Source of the DNA: Dehalococcoidia bacterium | Lineage (GTDB): Bacteria; Chloroflexota; Dehalococcoidia; Bin125 | DNA length: 64,000 nucleotides | NCBI GenBank assembly: GCA_965242485.1 | Contig: CBDESM010000003.1 | Location: forward strand, 1,819,759-1,883,758 | Direction: 5' to 3' | Shown here: positions 8,515 to 17,711 of the stretch, one piece after another | Numbering within the stretch: the first letter of the stretch is position 1 | How the letters are laid out: every line of letters begins with the position of its first letter | Notes under the pieces: model-generated | Told to the model about the DNA's origin: nothing | Databases searched by the model: none | Seen by the model: only the letters and a program-made list of their open reading frames with translations | Program-made: the position numbers and the translations under genes

Positions 8515-9174
8515 ATGGCCACGGCTGCGGCAATGCCATTGGATCGGATCGACGCGGCCGTGCAGGTCGCGCGCGACTGCGGGAAGGCGCGCGTCCGCCC
8601 CGGTTGCTCGATCACGGCCGACTTCTTGGAAGAGCTGTCGATCCGCTACGAAGACCTCTCATTCGAAGGCGGTTCAGGAGGGGAGCTCGTCATCAGTGCT
8701 GCGTCGCGCGGCCGCGTGCCTCAAGTCGGATTCGGCATCACGGGCCAGATGTTCAATTCGTTCATCCAACGCGGTCTCATTTGGGGACGCAACAACGACG
8801 GCGGGTTCTTCCCGCCCGGCTGGGAGCCCAAAATTCCCGACATCAGCTGGGTCAGCCCCGAACGCGAAGAACTCGCGAAAGTCGACGGCGAGCTTCCCGC
8901 CTACTGGCCCATCGCTCCCGACTTCGTCGTCGAGATCGTCTCGGAAACCGATTCCCTCGCCGAGCAACTCGAGAAAATGGCCAAGTGGATCGAGCACGGC
9001 GCGCTTCTCGGTCTCGTCGTCGATCCGGCCAAGAGGACGGTCTACGTCTACCGCCCCGGCAAACCCGTCGACCGGCGCGTTCATCCCGACGAAATCGACT
9101 GCGATCCTGAGGTCCCCGGCTTCACAATCGACTTCGCCCTGATCTGGCGGTTCCTCGACCAGACCGGCTCCTGA
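8515..9174 (+). CDS. Uma2-family (DUF820) PD-(D/E)xK endonuclease-like protein, paralog A
   Basis: 219 aa. It shows the Uma2 pattern ...FLEELSIRYEDLSFE..GGELVIS...PDISWVS...PDFVVEIVSETD...KMAKWIEHGALLGLVVDP.... Confidence 0.85.
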   Translation: MATAAAMPLDRIDAAVQVARDCGKARVRPGCSITADFLEELSIRYEDLSFEGGSGGELVISAASRGRVPQVGFGITGQMFNSFIQRGLIWGRNNDGGFFPPGWEPKIPDISWVSPEREELAKVDGELPAYWPIAPDFVVEIVSETDSLAEQLEKMAKWIEHGALLGLVVDPAKRTVYVYRPGKPVDRRVHPDEIDCDPEVPGFTIDFALIWRFLDQTGS

Positions 9175-10413
9175 CTACTCCCCGAACTCCGTCGCCACTA
9201 CCGCGAACGCTTCGTCCGTCGCTTCCAGCGTCCGCGCCACGTCCTCGTCCGTCAGCGCCGTCGAGAGGAAACCGTTGTGCCACGGGTGGATGTAGACGCC
9301 CCGCGCAGCCGCTTCGGCGCTGAACCGCGATCCCCGCGGCAGGCCCTCCGCCCGCTCGTCGCCGTCGAACAGGATCATCGGAATCTGCACCGGGCCCGTC
9401 TGCCGCAGGCCCAGCCCGCGGCTCTCCGCCTGCTCCGCCAAGCCTTCCCGCAGCAGGTTGCCGGTCCGCTCCAGCTGCGAAATCCCGTCCGTCTCCTGCA
9501 TCGTCGTGATCGTCGCGATCGCCGCCGCCATCGGCGCGCCCGCGTACCAGTACGACCCCGTCGCCATTGTCTTCCCGGCCGCCTCCTCCAGAGCATCCGT
9601 CCCCAGCAGCGCCGAGATCGGATGCCCGTTCCCGATCGCCTTGCAGTACGCGCTCAAATCCGGCGACACCCCCAGCGGCGCCCAGCTCCCCCGCATGTCC
9701 AGCCGGAACCCGCCCCGCACGTCGTCCAAGATCAGCACCGCCCCGTGCGCCGTGCACAGATCGCGCACCCCCTCCGCGAACTCCCGCGTCGGCAGCTCCT
9801 GATCCTCGAACACGTCGTGCTTGAACGCCGACACGATCAGCCCGGCGACGTCCCCGTCCGCCTCGTCGAACGCCGCCCGCACCGATGCCAGATCGTTGTA
9901 TTCGTACTCGACCGTCCCCGGTGCCTTCGATCCCCGCTCCCGCCCCATCCAGGCCGGCGATGCCCCGTGGTACGCATCCCGCGCTCGCAGGATCGTCGAG
10001 CGCCCCGTCGCCGTCCGCGCGACCGACGCCGCGTAGACCGTCGCGTCCGTGCCGTTCTTCGCGAACCACGCCCAATCCGCCCACGGCGTGATCTCGACCA
10101 GCAGCTCCGCCAGTTCCACCATCTTCGCCGTCGGGCCGTTGAACCCGTCCCCGATCCCTTGCTGCTCCGCCGCTGCTGCCTCCACCGTCGGATGCCGGTG
10201 CCCGAGCAGGATCGGCCCGTAGGAGCACAGGTAATCGATGTACTCGTTCCCGTCCGCGTCCCAGATCCGCGAACCTTCGCCTCGGGCGAAGAACTGCGGG
10301 AACCCCTCCGGCAGCAGCGCCGCGTTCTGATGTCCGTACATCCCGCCCGGAATCACCGCCCGGGCCCGCTCCCTCAGCTCCAAATCGGCCCGCAGGCTCC
10401 GCTCCCCGACCAT
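9175..10413 (-). CDS. Class-III (GSA-aminomutase-like) PLP-dependent aminotransferase
   Basis: MVGERSLRADLELRERARAVIPGG...SRIWDADGNEYIDYLCSYGPILLGHRHP...ILDDVRGGFR...YCKAIGNGHPISA, including the PLP Lys context. The start was set at the ATG at 10413 (a GTG at 10425 is possible). The upstream 93 codons of the track ORF are Arg/Ser/Ala-rich junk. Confidence 0.88.
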   Translation of the reverse strand: MVGERSLRADLELRERARAVIPGGMYGHQNAALLPEGFPQFFARGEGSRIWDADGNEYIDYLCSYGPILLGHRHPTVEAAAAEQQGIGDGFNGPTAKMVELAELLVEITPWADWAWFAKNGTDATVYAASVARTATGRSTILRARDAYHGASPAWMGRERGSKAPGTVEYEYNDLASVRAAFDEADGDVAGLIVSAFKHDVFEDQELPTREFAEGVRDLCTAHGAVLILDDVRGGFRLDMRGSWAPLGVSPDLSAYCKAIGNGHPISALLGTDALEEAAGKTMATGSYWYAGAPMAAAIATITTMQETDGISQLERTGNLLREGLAEQAESRGLGLRQTGPVQIPMILFDGDERAEGLPRGSRFSAEAAARGVYIHPWHNGFLSTALTDEDVARTLEATDEAFAVVATEFGE

Positions 10414-10516
10414 TGCATCCGCCACATCGCCCTCCGCTCGCCGAGGGTGCGGAACCCCGGCCGCCGCGGCCGGTCCGCGATGGCCGCGGGGCCGGCCGGC
10501 GACGCGCCGTTTGCCG

Positions 10517-10930
10517 CTACGCCTGGACCCAGTAGCTGATCGAGAGGACGCGGTTGTACCCGCAGGTGCACTCCTTGCGCCATCTCCGTTCCACGAGATT
10601 GCGCGTGACGCCGTTGGCGTCGGTGCTCGTTGAGATGACCGTCGTGCTGAGGATGGTTCTCGTGCAGGTCCCGCACTGCCCGCCGCTGGCAATGCAGTCG
10701 GCCGTGGCGCAGACCGAGCGGCCGGGGGCGTGCTGGTCGCGGTCCACGTCGAGCACGTCCGTCAGCCCGCCCCAAACGGCTTCGGGACTGACGTGGGCGG
10801 GGGTGCAGGAGACAACGCTCGTGACCGTGCTCGCATCCGCCTTGCCCGGCCCGGCGAGCGCGGCCGCCAAGGCAATGGCGGCGGCGACGACCGCGAGGGC
10901 GAGAGCCCCGGAGACTGGAAGGGTCTTCAT
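10517..10930 (-). CDS. Small secreted Cys-rich hypothetical protein
   Basis: The ATG at 10930 is preceded by GAGAGGGA. The signal peptide is MKTLPVSGALALAVVAAAIALAAALAGPGKADA. The mature part of about 105 aa has 7 Cys (SCTP, VCATADCIASGGQCGTC, ECTC). I recognise no family. Confidence 0.55.
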   Translation of the reverse strand: MKTLPVSGALALAVVAAAIALAAALAGPGKADASTVTSVVSCTPAHVSPEAVWGGLTDVLDVDRDQHAPGRSVCATADCIASGGQCGTCTRTILSTTVISTSTDANGVTRNLVERRWRKECTCGYNRVLSISYWVQA

Positions 10931-11172
10931 GACATCCCTCTCTTCCATCGCGCGGCGGGGGGATCCCGCTTACCGCGATGTTAGCGACTTTGGCTGCGGT
11001 TGGGGCGGTCCGGCGGCGGCGAATTCGCCGCGGCCGGCAGCAGCCCGTTCCCGGGCTCGCATCCGCGTCGGCCCGAGAGTGCGTCCACTGCCGTCTACCC
11101 TCGCCCCATGCTCCCCGCGCCTGACGCAGCCGCAGGCCTCGCCGCCGATGCGATCAGCGCCCTCCCCGCTCG

Positions 11173-12966
11173 ATGACGCTCGTCGCCGACCCCGCCGGCG
11201 CGGAAGACCAGCGCCCGCTGGGGATGGATCTGCCCCGCCGGGTCAAGGCGCTCGTGCTCGCGGGCTCGATGCTGGCGATGTTCATGTCGGCGCTCGAACA
11301 GAGCATCGTCGGGCCGGCGCTGCCGCGGATCGTCTCCGATCTCGGCGGGCTCGAGCTCTACCCGTGGCTCTTTCAGGCCTACATCACCGCTCAGGTCGTC
11401 GCCATTCCGGTTGCCGCGCGGCTCAGCGACCGGGTCGGGCGCAAGAGCGTGCTCGTCGCCGGGCTGGCGATCTTCCTCGCCGGCTCCGCCGCTTGCGGGG
11501 CTGCACCCGACATCTACTCCCTGATCGCCTTCCGCGCCGTGCAGGGCGCGGGCGCGGGCATCCTCGCCACGCTTTCCTTCGCCGTCGTCGGCGACCTCTT
11601 CCCGCCGGCCGAGCGCGGGCGCTACATCGGCCTCTTCGGCGGCGTGTTCGCGCTCTCGAACCTGATCGGCGCGCCGCTCGGCGGCGTCCTCACCGAGTTC
11701 GCCGGCTGGCGCTGGGTCTTCTGGGCGATGCTCCCCGCCGGCGCCTGCGCCATCGCGCTGATCGCGCTGCGCATGCCCGCGCTCAAGCCTCGCAGCCCTT
11801 CGCGCGCCCGCTTCGACTACCTCGGCCTCGCCTCCATGGCTGGCTTCCTCCTCCCCGTCATGTTCGCCCTCACCATCGCCGACTCCGCCGGCTGGCTCGC
11901 CCCCGCCGTCGTCGGCTTGCTCCTGCTCTCCGCCCTTTCCCTCGCGCTGTTCATCGCCGTCGAGCGCCGCGCCGCCGAAGCCATCGTCCCGCTCCACCTC
12001 TTCCGCATCCGCAACGTCGCCGTCACCGCCGTCGCGATGCTCGTCATCGGCCTCGGCATGTTCGGCTCGATGGTCTACCTCCAGTTCTTCCTGCAAGTCG
12101 GGCTCGGTACCGACGCGACCACCGCCGGCGCGGTCATGGGCCCGATGATCATCTTCGTCGTCGTCTTCTCCGTCATCGCCGGCCAGGTCATGTCCCGCAC
12201 CGGCCGCTACAAATTCCTCGCCGTGATCGGCGCGGCCGCGATGCTCGCCGGGATGGTCCTGCTGGCCATGATGTCGCGCGAGACGCCCGTCGCGGCCGTC
12301 CTGCTGCGGCTCGGCGTCTTCGGCGCGGGCATGGGGATGCTCATGCCCGTGCTCACGCTCGGCGCGCAGAACGCGGCCCCGCAGCGCTACCTCGGCACCA
12401 TCTCCGGCTTCACCCAGTTCTTCCAGCTCGCCGGCGGCGCGATCGGGATCGGCGTGATCGGCGCGCTCTTCAACGCCCGCCTCGCCGCCGGGCTGCAATC
12501 GCGGCTCGACCCGGCGGCGGCGCGCGCCGTCGAGCCCGAGAAACTGGTCGATCCGATCTTCCGCGAGAACCTCGTCGCCGAGCTCGGCCCCGAAGCCTGG
12601 GCCGCCGCCGAGCCGCAGGTCCAAGCCGCCGTCGCCGCCGCCATCACCGACAACTTCCTGCTCGGCGCGGCCATCCTCGTCGTCGCCCTGCTCGCCGTCC
12701 TCTGGCTCCGCGAACTCCCCCTCCGCACCGGCGACGAAGCCCCCGCGGTCTCCGTCGCCCGCCCCGCCGCCGGCGCTCCCGCCCCGCAACCACCCGCGGC
12801 CGCGCTCCCGTTCCGGGCGCGCATGGCTTCCATCGCCGTTCCGGCCGCCCCTCGTCCGCCCCCGTCCGCGGCCGCTCCCGCGCCCTCCGACTCCGCCGCC
12901 GCCGTCCTGCTCGGCAACGCGGCGGCACTTGCGCTCGCCGCGCTTCCCCTCCGCCCTCAGCGCTGA
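11173..12966 (+). CDS. MFS transporter, DHA2 (EmrB/QacA-like, about 14 TMS) with an Ala/Pro-rich C-terminal tail
   Basis: 597 aa. It contains LAMFMSALEQSIVGPALPRI, the MFS motif A SDRVGRKSVLVAGLAIF, and FRAVQGAGAGIL, with many hydrophobic segments. Confidence 0.9.
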   Translation: MTLVADPAGAEDQRPLGMDLPRRVKALVLAGSMLAMFMSALEQSIVGPALPRIVSDLGGLELYPWLFQAYITAQVVAIPVAARLSDRVGRKSVLVAGLAIFLAGSAACGAAPDIYSLIAFRAVQGAGAGILATLSFAVVGDLFPPAERGRYIGLFGGVFALSNLIGAPLGGVLTEFAGWRWVFWAMLPAGACAIALIALRMPALKPRSPSRARFDYLGLASMAGFLLPVMFALTIADSAGWLAPAVVGLLLLSALSLALFIAVERRAAEAIVPLHLFRIRNVAVTAVAMLVIGLGMFGSMVYLQFFLQVGLGTDATTAGAVMGPMIIFVVVFSVIAGQVMSRTGRYKFLAVIGAAAMLAGMVLLAMMSRETPVAAVLLRLGVFGAGMGMLMPVLTLGAQNAAPQRYLGTISGFTQFFQLAGGAIGIGVIGALFNARLAAGLQSRLDPAAARAVEPEKLVDPIFRENLVAELGPEAWAAAEPQVQAAVAAAITDNFLLGAAILVVALLAVLWLRELPLRTGDEAPAVSVARPAAGAPAPQPPAAALPFRARMASIAVPAAPRPPPSAAAPAPSDSAAAVLLGNAAALALAALPLRPQR

Positions 12967-13043
12967 TGATTATTTCGCCGATGCGGAATATTCGCGCGAG
13001 CGACTAGCATAGCGATCCCCGCGGACGCGCGACGGGAGCGCTC

Positions 13044-15629
13044 ATGCCCGGACCACTCGAAGGCCTCCAAGTCCTCGACCTCACCCGCGACGTCGCCGGG
13101 CCCTACTCGACCAAGCTGCTCGCCGATTACGGCGCGCGCGTGATCAAGGTCGAGCCGCGCGGCGGCGATCCCGCACGCGCCTTCGGTCCCTTCCCCGACC
13201 GCAAGCCCGATCCCGAAGCCTCCGGCCTCTTCCTCCACCTCAACACCAACAAGCAATCCGTCGTCCTCGACGCGCACACCGACGACGGCGCCGCCACCGT
13301 CCGCCGCCTCGCCTCCCAAGTCCAGGTCGTCGTCGAAGACCTGCCGCCCGGCGAAGCCGAGGCCTACGGCTGGGGCTGGGACGTCCTCCGCGCGATCAAC
13401 CCCTCCCTCGTCCTCTGCTCGATCACCCCGTACGGGCAGGACGGCCCCTACGCCGGCTACCGCGGTTCGGAACTCGCGCTGCAAGCGATCGGCGGCCCGC
13501 TCCACGCCACCGGCAACGCGGCCCGCGAACCGCTCAAGCTGGCCGGCCACTACGCCGCCTACCACGCCGGCGCGACCGCCGCCCTCGCCGTCCTGCTCGC
13601 CGTCCGCCGCGTCGAAGCGGGCGCGCAGGGCGACTGGCTCGACATCGGCGTCTACCGCTGCCAGGCCGGCTGCCGCGACCGCCGCACGATCCACCTCACG
13701 AGCGCCGCCTATTCCGGCCTCGATCCCAAGCGGGCGACCAAGGGCGCGCGCCGCGTCGGCTTCGGCATCTACCCCTGCGCCGACGGCCACGTCAACATCA
13801 TGGGCGCGGGCACCCGACTCCCCCGCCTGCTCAAGTGGATCGGCGCGAAATCGCTCCTCGCCCAACTCGACGACGACGGACAGCCGCCCGGCGGCCCCGA
13901 ATTCGGCGACCAAGTCGACGCCGCCGTCGAGGACTACCTCGCCTCGGTCGGCAAGCTCGACGCCACCGCCCAGGCCCAGGCCGCCGGCCTGCTCGCCGGC
14001 GCAGTCATGACCGTCCCCGACATCTTCCAGGACCCGCAGCTGCTCGACCGCGGCTGGTGGCGCGAAATCACCCACTGGCACGGCAAGCCCCTCCGCTACC
14101 CGGGCTTCCCCTTCCGCTTCTCCGACTCCGTTCCCGACCCGCCCAAGCGCTCCCCGCGGCTCGGCGAACACGCCCGCGTCATCCTCGACGTCGCCCCGCC
14201 CGACGCCGACGAGCGCGCCCCGCTCCCGCCGCCCGATCCCGATCCGCCCGATCTCCCGCTCCCGCTCGAAGGCCTCCGCGTCGCCGCCATCACCGTCGTC
14301 TGGGCCGGGCCGCACGTCGCCCAGCTGCTCGCCGAGTGGGGCGCCGACGTGATCAACGTCGAGCCCGTCAACCGCATCCAGCCCTACACGCGCGGCGCTG
14401 AAAACACGCCCACCGCCGAGCAGATGGCCCGCCACGCCCAGCGCGGCGTCCAGCCCCAGTACCCCGATTCCGACCACGGCGCGGACCCCTGGAACCGCTT
14501 CGCTTCCTTCAACTCGCACGCCCGCAACAAGCGCTCGATGACCTGCGACGTCATGTCGCCCGAAGGCCGCCGCGCCTTCCTCAAGCTGATCGAGCACTGC
14601 GACGTGCTCGTCGAAAACAACGTCCCCACCACCATCGACAAAGCCGGGCTCACCTACGACCAGCTCCGCGAGATCAATCCCCGCCTGATCATGCTGCGCA
14701 TGCCCGCCTTCGGGCTCGAGGGCCCCTACTCCGGCTTCCGCGCCTTCGGACTCCACGTCGAGGCGATGGTCGGGCACACGCACCTGCGGGGCTACCCCGA
14801 CATGGGCCCCGACGAAATCGGCGAAACCCTCGCCTCAGACGGACTCTCCGGCGTGCAGGGCGCGGTCGCTGTCCTGATGGCCCTGCGCCACCGCGAACGC
14901 AGCGGCGAAGGCCAAATGATCGAGATGCCCCTCAACGAGGGCTTCATCCCTTCCCTCGCCGAGTACCTCTTCGACTACACCATGAACGACGAGAATCCCC
15001 CGCCCCAAGCCAACGTCCACCGCCATCGCGCGCCCCACAACGTCTACCCGGCCCGGGGCGACGATCAGTGGATCGCCATCGATATCGACGGCGACCAGGA
15101 ATTCGCCGCCCTCTGCGACGTCCTCGCCGCCCGCGCCTCGCACGATGGGCGCGACTCCGATATCGCCCACATCCCCCACGATCCCAGATTCAATTCCATC
15201 GAATCCAGGCGTCAATTCATCTCCGAGCTGGACCAGCTCATCGCCGCCGAGACCGCGACTTGGGACAAATACGATCTCTTCCACGCCCTCCAAGCCGCGG
15301 GCCTCTGCGCCGCCCCCGTCAACTCCGCCACCGACGCGCTGGAAGACCCGCACCTCGACCAAACCGGCTTCTTCCAAGAGCTGACCATCCCGGGCGTCGG
15401 CACCCACAAGTACCCCGGCCTCACCATCCGCATGCGGCGCACTCCCAACCGGCTCCGCACGCCGCCGCCCACGCTCGGGCAACATAACGACGAGATCTAC
15501 CAAGACCTGCTCGGCTACAGCGCCGAAGAACAGGCCGAGCTCGAAGCGCAGGGCATCGTCGGCACCCGCTACCCGCCCGCGCTCCTGCCCAAGCACGTCC
15601 GCGACCTCCAACCCCCGGCCAAGTCCTGA
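13044..15629 (+). CDS. Fused double family-III CoA-transferase (two CaiB/BaiF domains)
   Basis: 861 aa. Domain 1 starts LEGLQVLDLTRDVAGPYSTKLLADYGARVIKVEPRGGD. Domain 2 starts LEGLRVAAITVVWAGPHVAQLLAEWGADVINVEP. A Pro-rich linker PLPPPDPDPPDLPLP separates them. Confidence 0.88.
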   Translation: MPGPLEGLQVLDLTRDVAGPYSTKLLADYGARVIKVEPRGGDPARAFGPFPDRKPDPEASGLFLHLNTNKQSVVLDAHTDDGAATVRRLASQVQVVVEDLPPGEAEAYGWGWDVLRAINPSLVLCSITPYGQDGPYAGYRGSELALQAIGGPLHATGNAAREPLKLAGHYAAYHAGATAALAVLLAVRRVEAGAQGDWLDIGVYRCQAGCRDRRTIHLTSAAYSGLDPKRATKGARRVGFGIYPCADGHVNIMGAGTRLPRLLKWIGAKSLLAQLDDDGQPPGGPEFGDQVDAAVEDYLASVGKLDATAQAQAAGLLAGAVMTVPDIFQDPQLLDRGWWREITHWHGKPLRYPGFPFRFSDSVPDPPKRSPRLGEHARVILDVAPPDADERAPLPPPDPDPPDLPLPLEGLRVAAITVVWAGPHVAQLLAEWGADVINVEPVNRIQPYTRGAENTPTAEQMARHAQRGVQPQYPDSDHGADPWNRFASFNSHARNKRSMTCDVMSPEGRRAFLKLIEHCDVLVENNVPTTIDKAGLTYDQLREINPRLIMLRMPAFGLEGPYSGFRAFGLHVEAMVGHTHLRGYPDMGPDEIGETLASDGLSGVQGAVAVLMALRHRERSGEGQMIEMPLNEGFIPSLAEYLFDYTMNDENPPPQANVHRHRAPHNVYPARGDDQWIAIDIDGDQEFAALCDVLAARASHDGRDSDIAHIPHDPRFNSIESRRQFISELDQLIAAETATWDKYDLFHALQAAGLCAAPVNSATDALEDPHLDQTGFFQELTIPGVGTHKYPGLTIRMRRTPNRLRTPPPTLGQHNDEIYQDLLGYSAEEQAELEAQGIVGTRYPPALLPKHVRDLQPPAKS

Positions 15630-15639
15630 GGAGCGCCCC

Positions 15640-16233
15640 ATGTCCCGTCTGCCCAAACTGACCCACGACGAGCTCGACGATGATCAGCGCGCCCTCTGGG
15701 AGCACCTCACGACCGGCCCGCGCGCCAATCCCGACCGCCCGCACGGCGGCCTCACGGACGACGACGGCGCGCTCACCGGTCCCTTCAACGCGCTGCTCTA
15801 CTCGCCCAGGATCGGCGACCTCGCCCAAGAACTCGGCGGCGCGCTCCGCTTCGGCACCTCCCTCCCGCGCGACTTGCAGGAAATCGCGATCTGCGTCGTC
15901 GGCGCGCATTGGCGGGCCAACTTCGAGTTCTGGGCGCACGCCCGCATGGCCGTCCAAAACGGCGTCCCCCAAGCCGCCGTCGACGCCATCCAGCGCGGCC
16001 GCCGCCCCGATTTCGACGACCCCCGCCAGGAAACCGCCTACGCCTTCGCCGCCGAGCTGATCAACCACCGCCGCGTCCGACAATCCACCTACGACGCCCT
16101 CGCGGAACTCGTCGGCGAGCGCGGCGTCTTCGAACTCACCAGCACCATGGGCTACTACTCGATGGTCTCCATGAGCCTCGACGTCTTCGAAGTCGGCACT
16201 CCCCCCGGCGTCGATCCTCCCTACCCTGACTGA
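15640..16233 (+). CDS. Carboxymuconolactone decarboxylase (AhpD-like) family protein
   Basis: 197 aa. The CMD-like core is LQEIAICVVGAHWRANFEFWAHARMAVQNGVP. It starts 10 nt after the CoA-transferase stop. Confidence 0.75.
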   Translation: MSRLPKLTHDELDDDQRALWEHLTTGPRANPDRPHGGLTDDDGALTGPFNALLYSPRIGDLAQELGGALRFGTSLPRDLQEIAICVVGAHWRANFEFWAHARMAVQNGVPQAAVDAIQRGRRPDFDDPRQETAYAFAAELINHRRVRQSTYDALAELVGERGVFELTSTMGYYSMVSMSLDVFEVGTPPGVDPPYPD

Positions 16234-16244
16234 AGGAGCCCGCC

Positions 16245-16916
16245 ATGACCACTCTCGTCGCAGATCCGGCCGCCGACCCTGCCATCGATCCTGTCGAGGC
16301 TGCCATCGCCCGCGTCCTTGCCGACAACTGCACGACCAGCGCCCGCCCCGCCTGCCCGATCAGCGAGGACTACCTGCTCGAACTCCAAGCCCGCCACGAA
16401 GGCATCTGGTGCGAAAGCACCGCCGATGGGGAAGTGGTCGTCAGGGGCGTGTCCGATCCCGCGACGTCGGTCGGCGAAGGCTCGCTCATAGCGCAGGTCC
16501 GCGAAGCGGATCTCCTGCCCGGACTCGGCGCGACCCGCGGCGGCAGCGGCGGTTTCCAGATCGAAGGCTGCGGCTTCAAAATCCCCGACGTCAGCTGGAT
16601 CAGCCATGAGCGCGAGCGGGCCGCCTGGCAGTCCGGCAAGGCCTTCCGCGTCTATCTCCCCGCCGCGCCGGAATTCGTGATCGAGGTCAGCTCGCCCAGC
16701 GACAGCCTCACCGCGCTCCGCGAGAAGATGGTCGGCTGGACCACGCACGGCGTCCTCCTCGGCCTCTTGGTCGACCCCCGCTACCGCAACGTCCACATCT
16801 ACCGCGATGGCGAGGAACAGCACGTCCTGCACGCTCCCGACGCCGTCTCCTGCGAACCGGAGATGCCCGGCCTCGTCCTCGACTTCACCTACATCTGGCC
16901 CCTCTTCGACGAGTAA
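16245..16916 (+). CDS. Uma2-family endonuclease-like protein, paralog B
   Basis: 223 aa. It contains ...YLLELQARHEGIWCE...PDVSWISHER...PEFVIEVSSPSDSL..KMVGWTTHGVLLGLLVDP and is colinear with 8515-9174. Confidence 0.85.
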   Translation: MTTLVADPAADPAIDPVEAAIARVLADNCTTSARPACPISEDYLLELQARHEGIWCESTADGEVVVRGVSDPATSVGEGSLIAQVREADLLPGLGATRGGSGGFQIEGCGFKIPDVSWISHERERAAWQSGKAFRVYLPAAPEFVIEVSSPSDSLTALREKMVGWTTHGVLLGLLVDPRYRNVHIYRDGEEQHVLHAPDAVSCEPEMPGLVLDFTYIWPLFDE

Positions 16917-16925
16917 GATCACGCC

Positions 16926-17591
16926 ATGGTCACTGCCGTCCGCCCTGAAGTCCCCGTAGAGGCCATCCGCGAGGCCGAGCGGCGGCTCGATCGGGACTGC
17001 GGCGAGGTCCGTATTCCGCTGCCGTTTCCCATCACCAGCGAATTCCTCGAAGAGCTCAGCATCGAGTATGAGCTCCTGCGGTTCGAGGCCTCAATCGAAG
17101 GAGAGTTGATCATCAGCGGCGCAACCCTTGGCTGGATTCCCGACATCAACCGACTGCTGACGATTCAGCTGAGTCTCTGGATGGAGCTCGGCGCGCTTGG
17201 CGCAGCCGCCGGCACCGACCGCGGCTTCCATCCGCCCGGCTGGTCCTCGCGCGTTCCCGACGTCAGCTGGCTCTCCCCCGAAACCGCTGCCCGCGCTATC
17301 GGCCGCGGCCTGCCCCGCGGCTACTGGCCCGTCGCGCCCGACTTCGTGATCGAGACCAAGTCGCTGACCGACTCGCTGGCGCGGCAGCTGGAGAAGACGC
17401 AGGGCTGGGCCGACCATGGCACCGCCCTCGCGCTCCTCGTCGACCCGGGCGAGCACGCCGTCTACCTCTGCCGGCCCGGTCGGCCCGCGGCCGTCCTGAT
17501 CGATCCGCGCGAAGTCTCCTGCGAACCGGAGATGCCCGGGCTCAGATTCGACTTCACCCGCATCTGGGAACTGGCCGACCTGCCGGCCTGA
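16926..17591 (+). CDS. Uma2-family endonuclease-like protein, paralog C
   Basis: 221 aa. It contains ...FLEELSIEYELLRFE...PDVSWLSPE...PDFVIETKSLTDSL...GWADHGTALALLVDP and starts 9 nt after paralog B. Confidence 0.85.
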   Translation: MVTAVRPEVPVEAIREAERRLDRDCGEVRIPLPFPITSEFLEELSIEYELLRFEASIEGELIISGATLGWIPDINRLLTIQLSLWMELGALGAAAGTDRGFHPPGWSSRVPDVSWLSPETAARAIGRGLPRGYWPVAPDFVIETKSLTDSLARQLEKTQGWADHGTALALLVDPGEHAVYLCRPGRPAAVLIDPREVSCEPEMPGLRFDFTRIWELADLPA

Positions 17592-17711
17592 TTTTCGCCG
17601 CTTGCGCGCCTGTGCGGGCTGATCGACCAGATTGGGAGGCTCGCGTTCCCGGCCTCGCGGGGGGCGGGCCGGCTTTGTTAGGTCATCGTTAAATCCGGGG
17701 GATTTTGGGGC

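Noticed and set aside
9175-10692. Long N-terminal extensions of track ORFs (aminotransferase to 10692, thiolase to 7207, amidohydrolase to 8539, ADH to 43569, RidA from 25415, LLM from 28340)
   Set aside because: The extensions are non-homologous and Arg/Pro/Ser-rich. Internal ATG/GTG codons with Shine-Dalgarno sequences coincide with the family N-termini.
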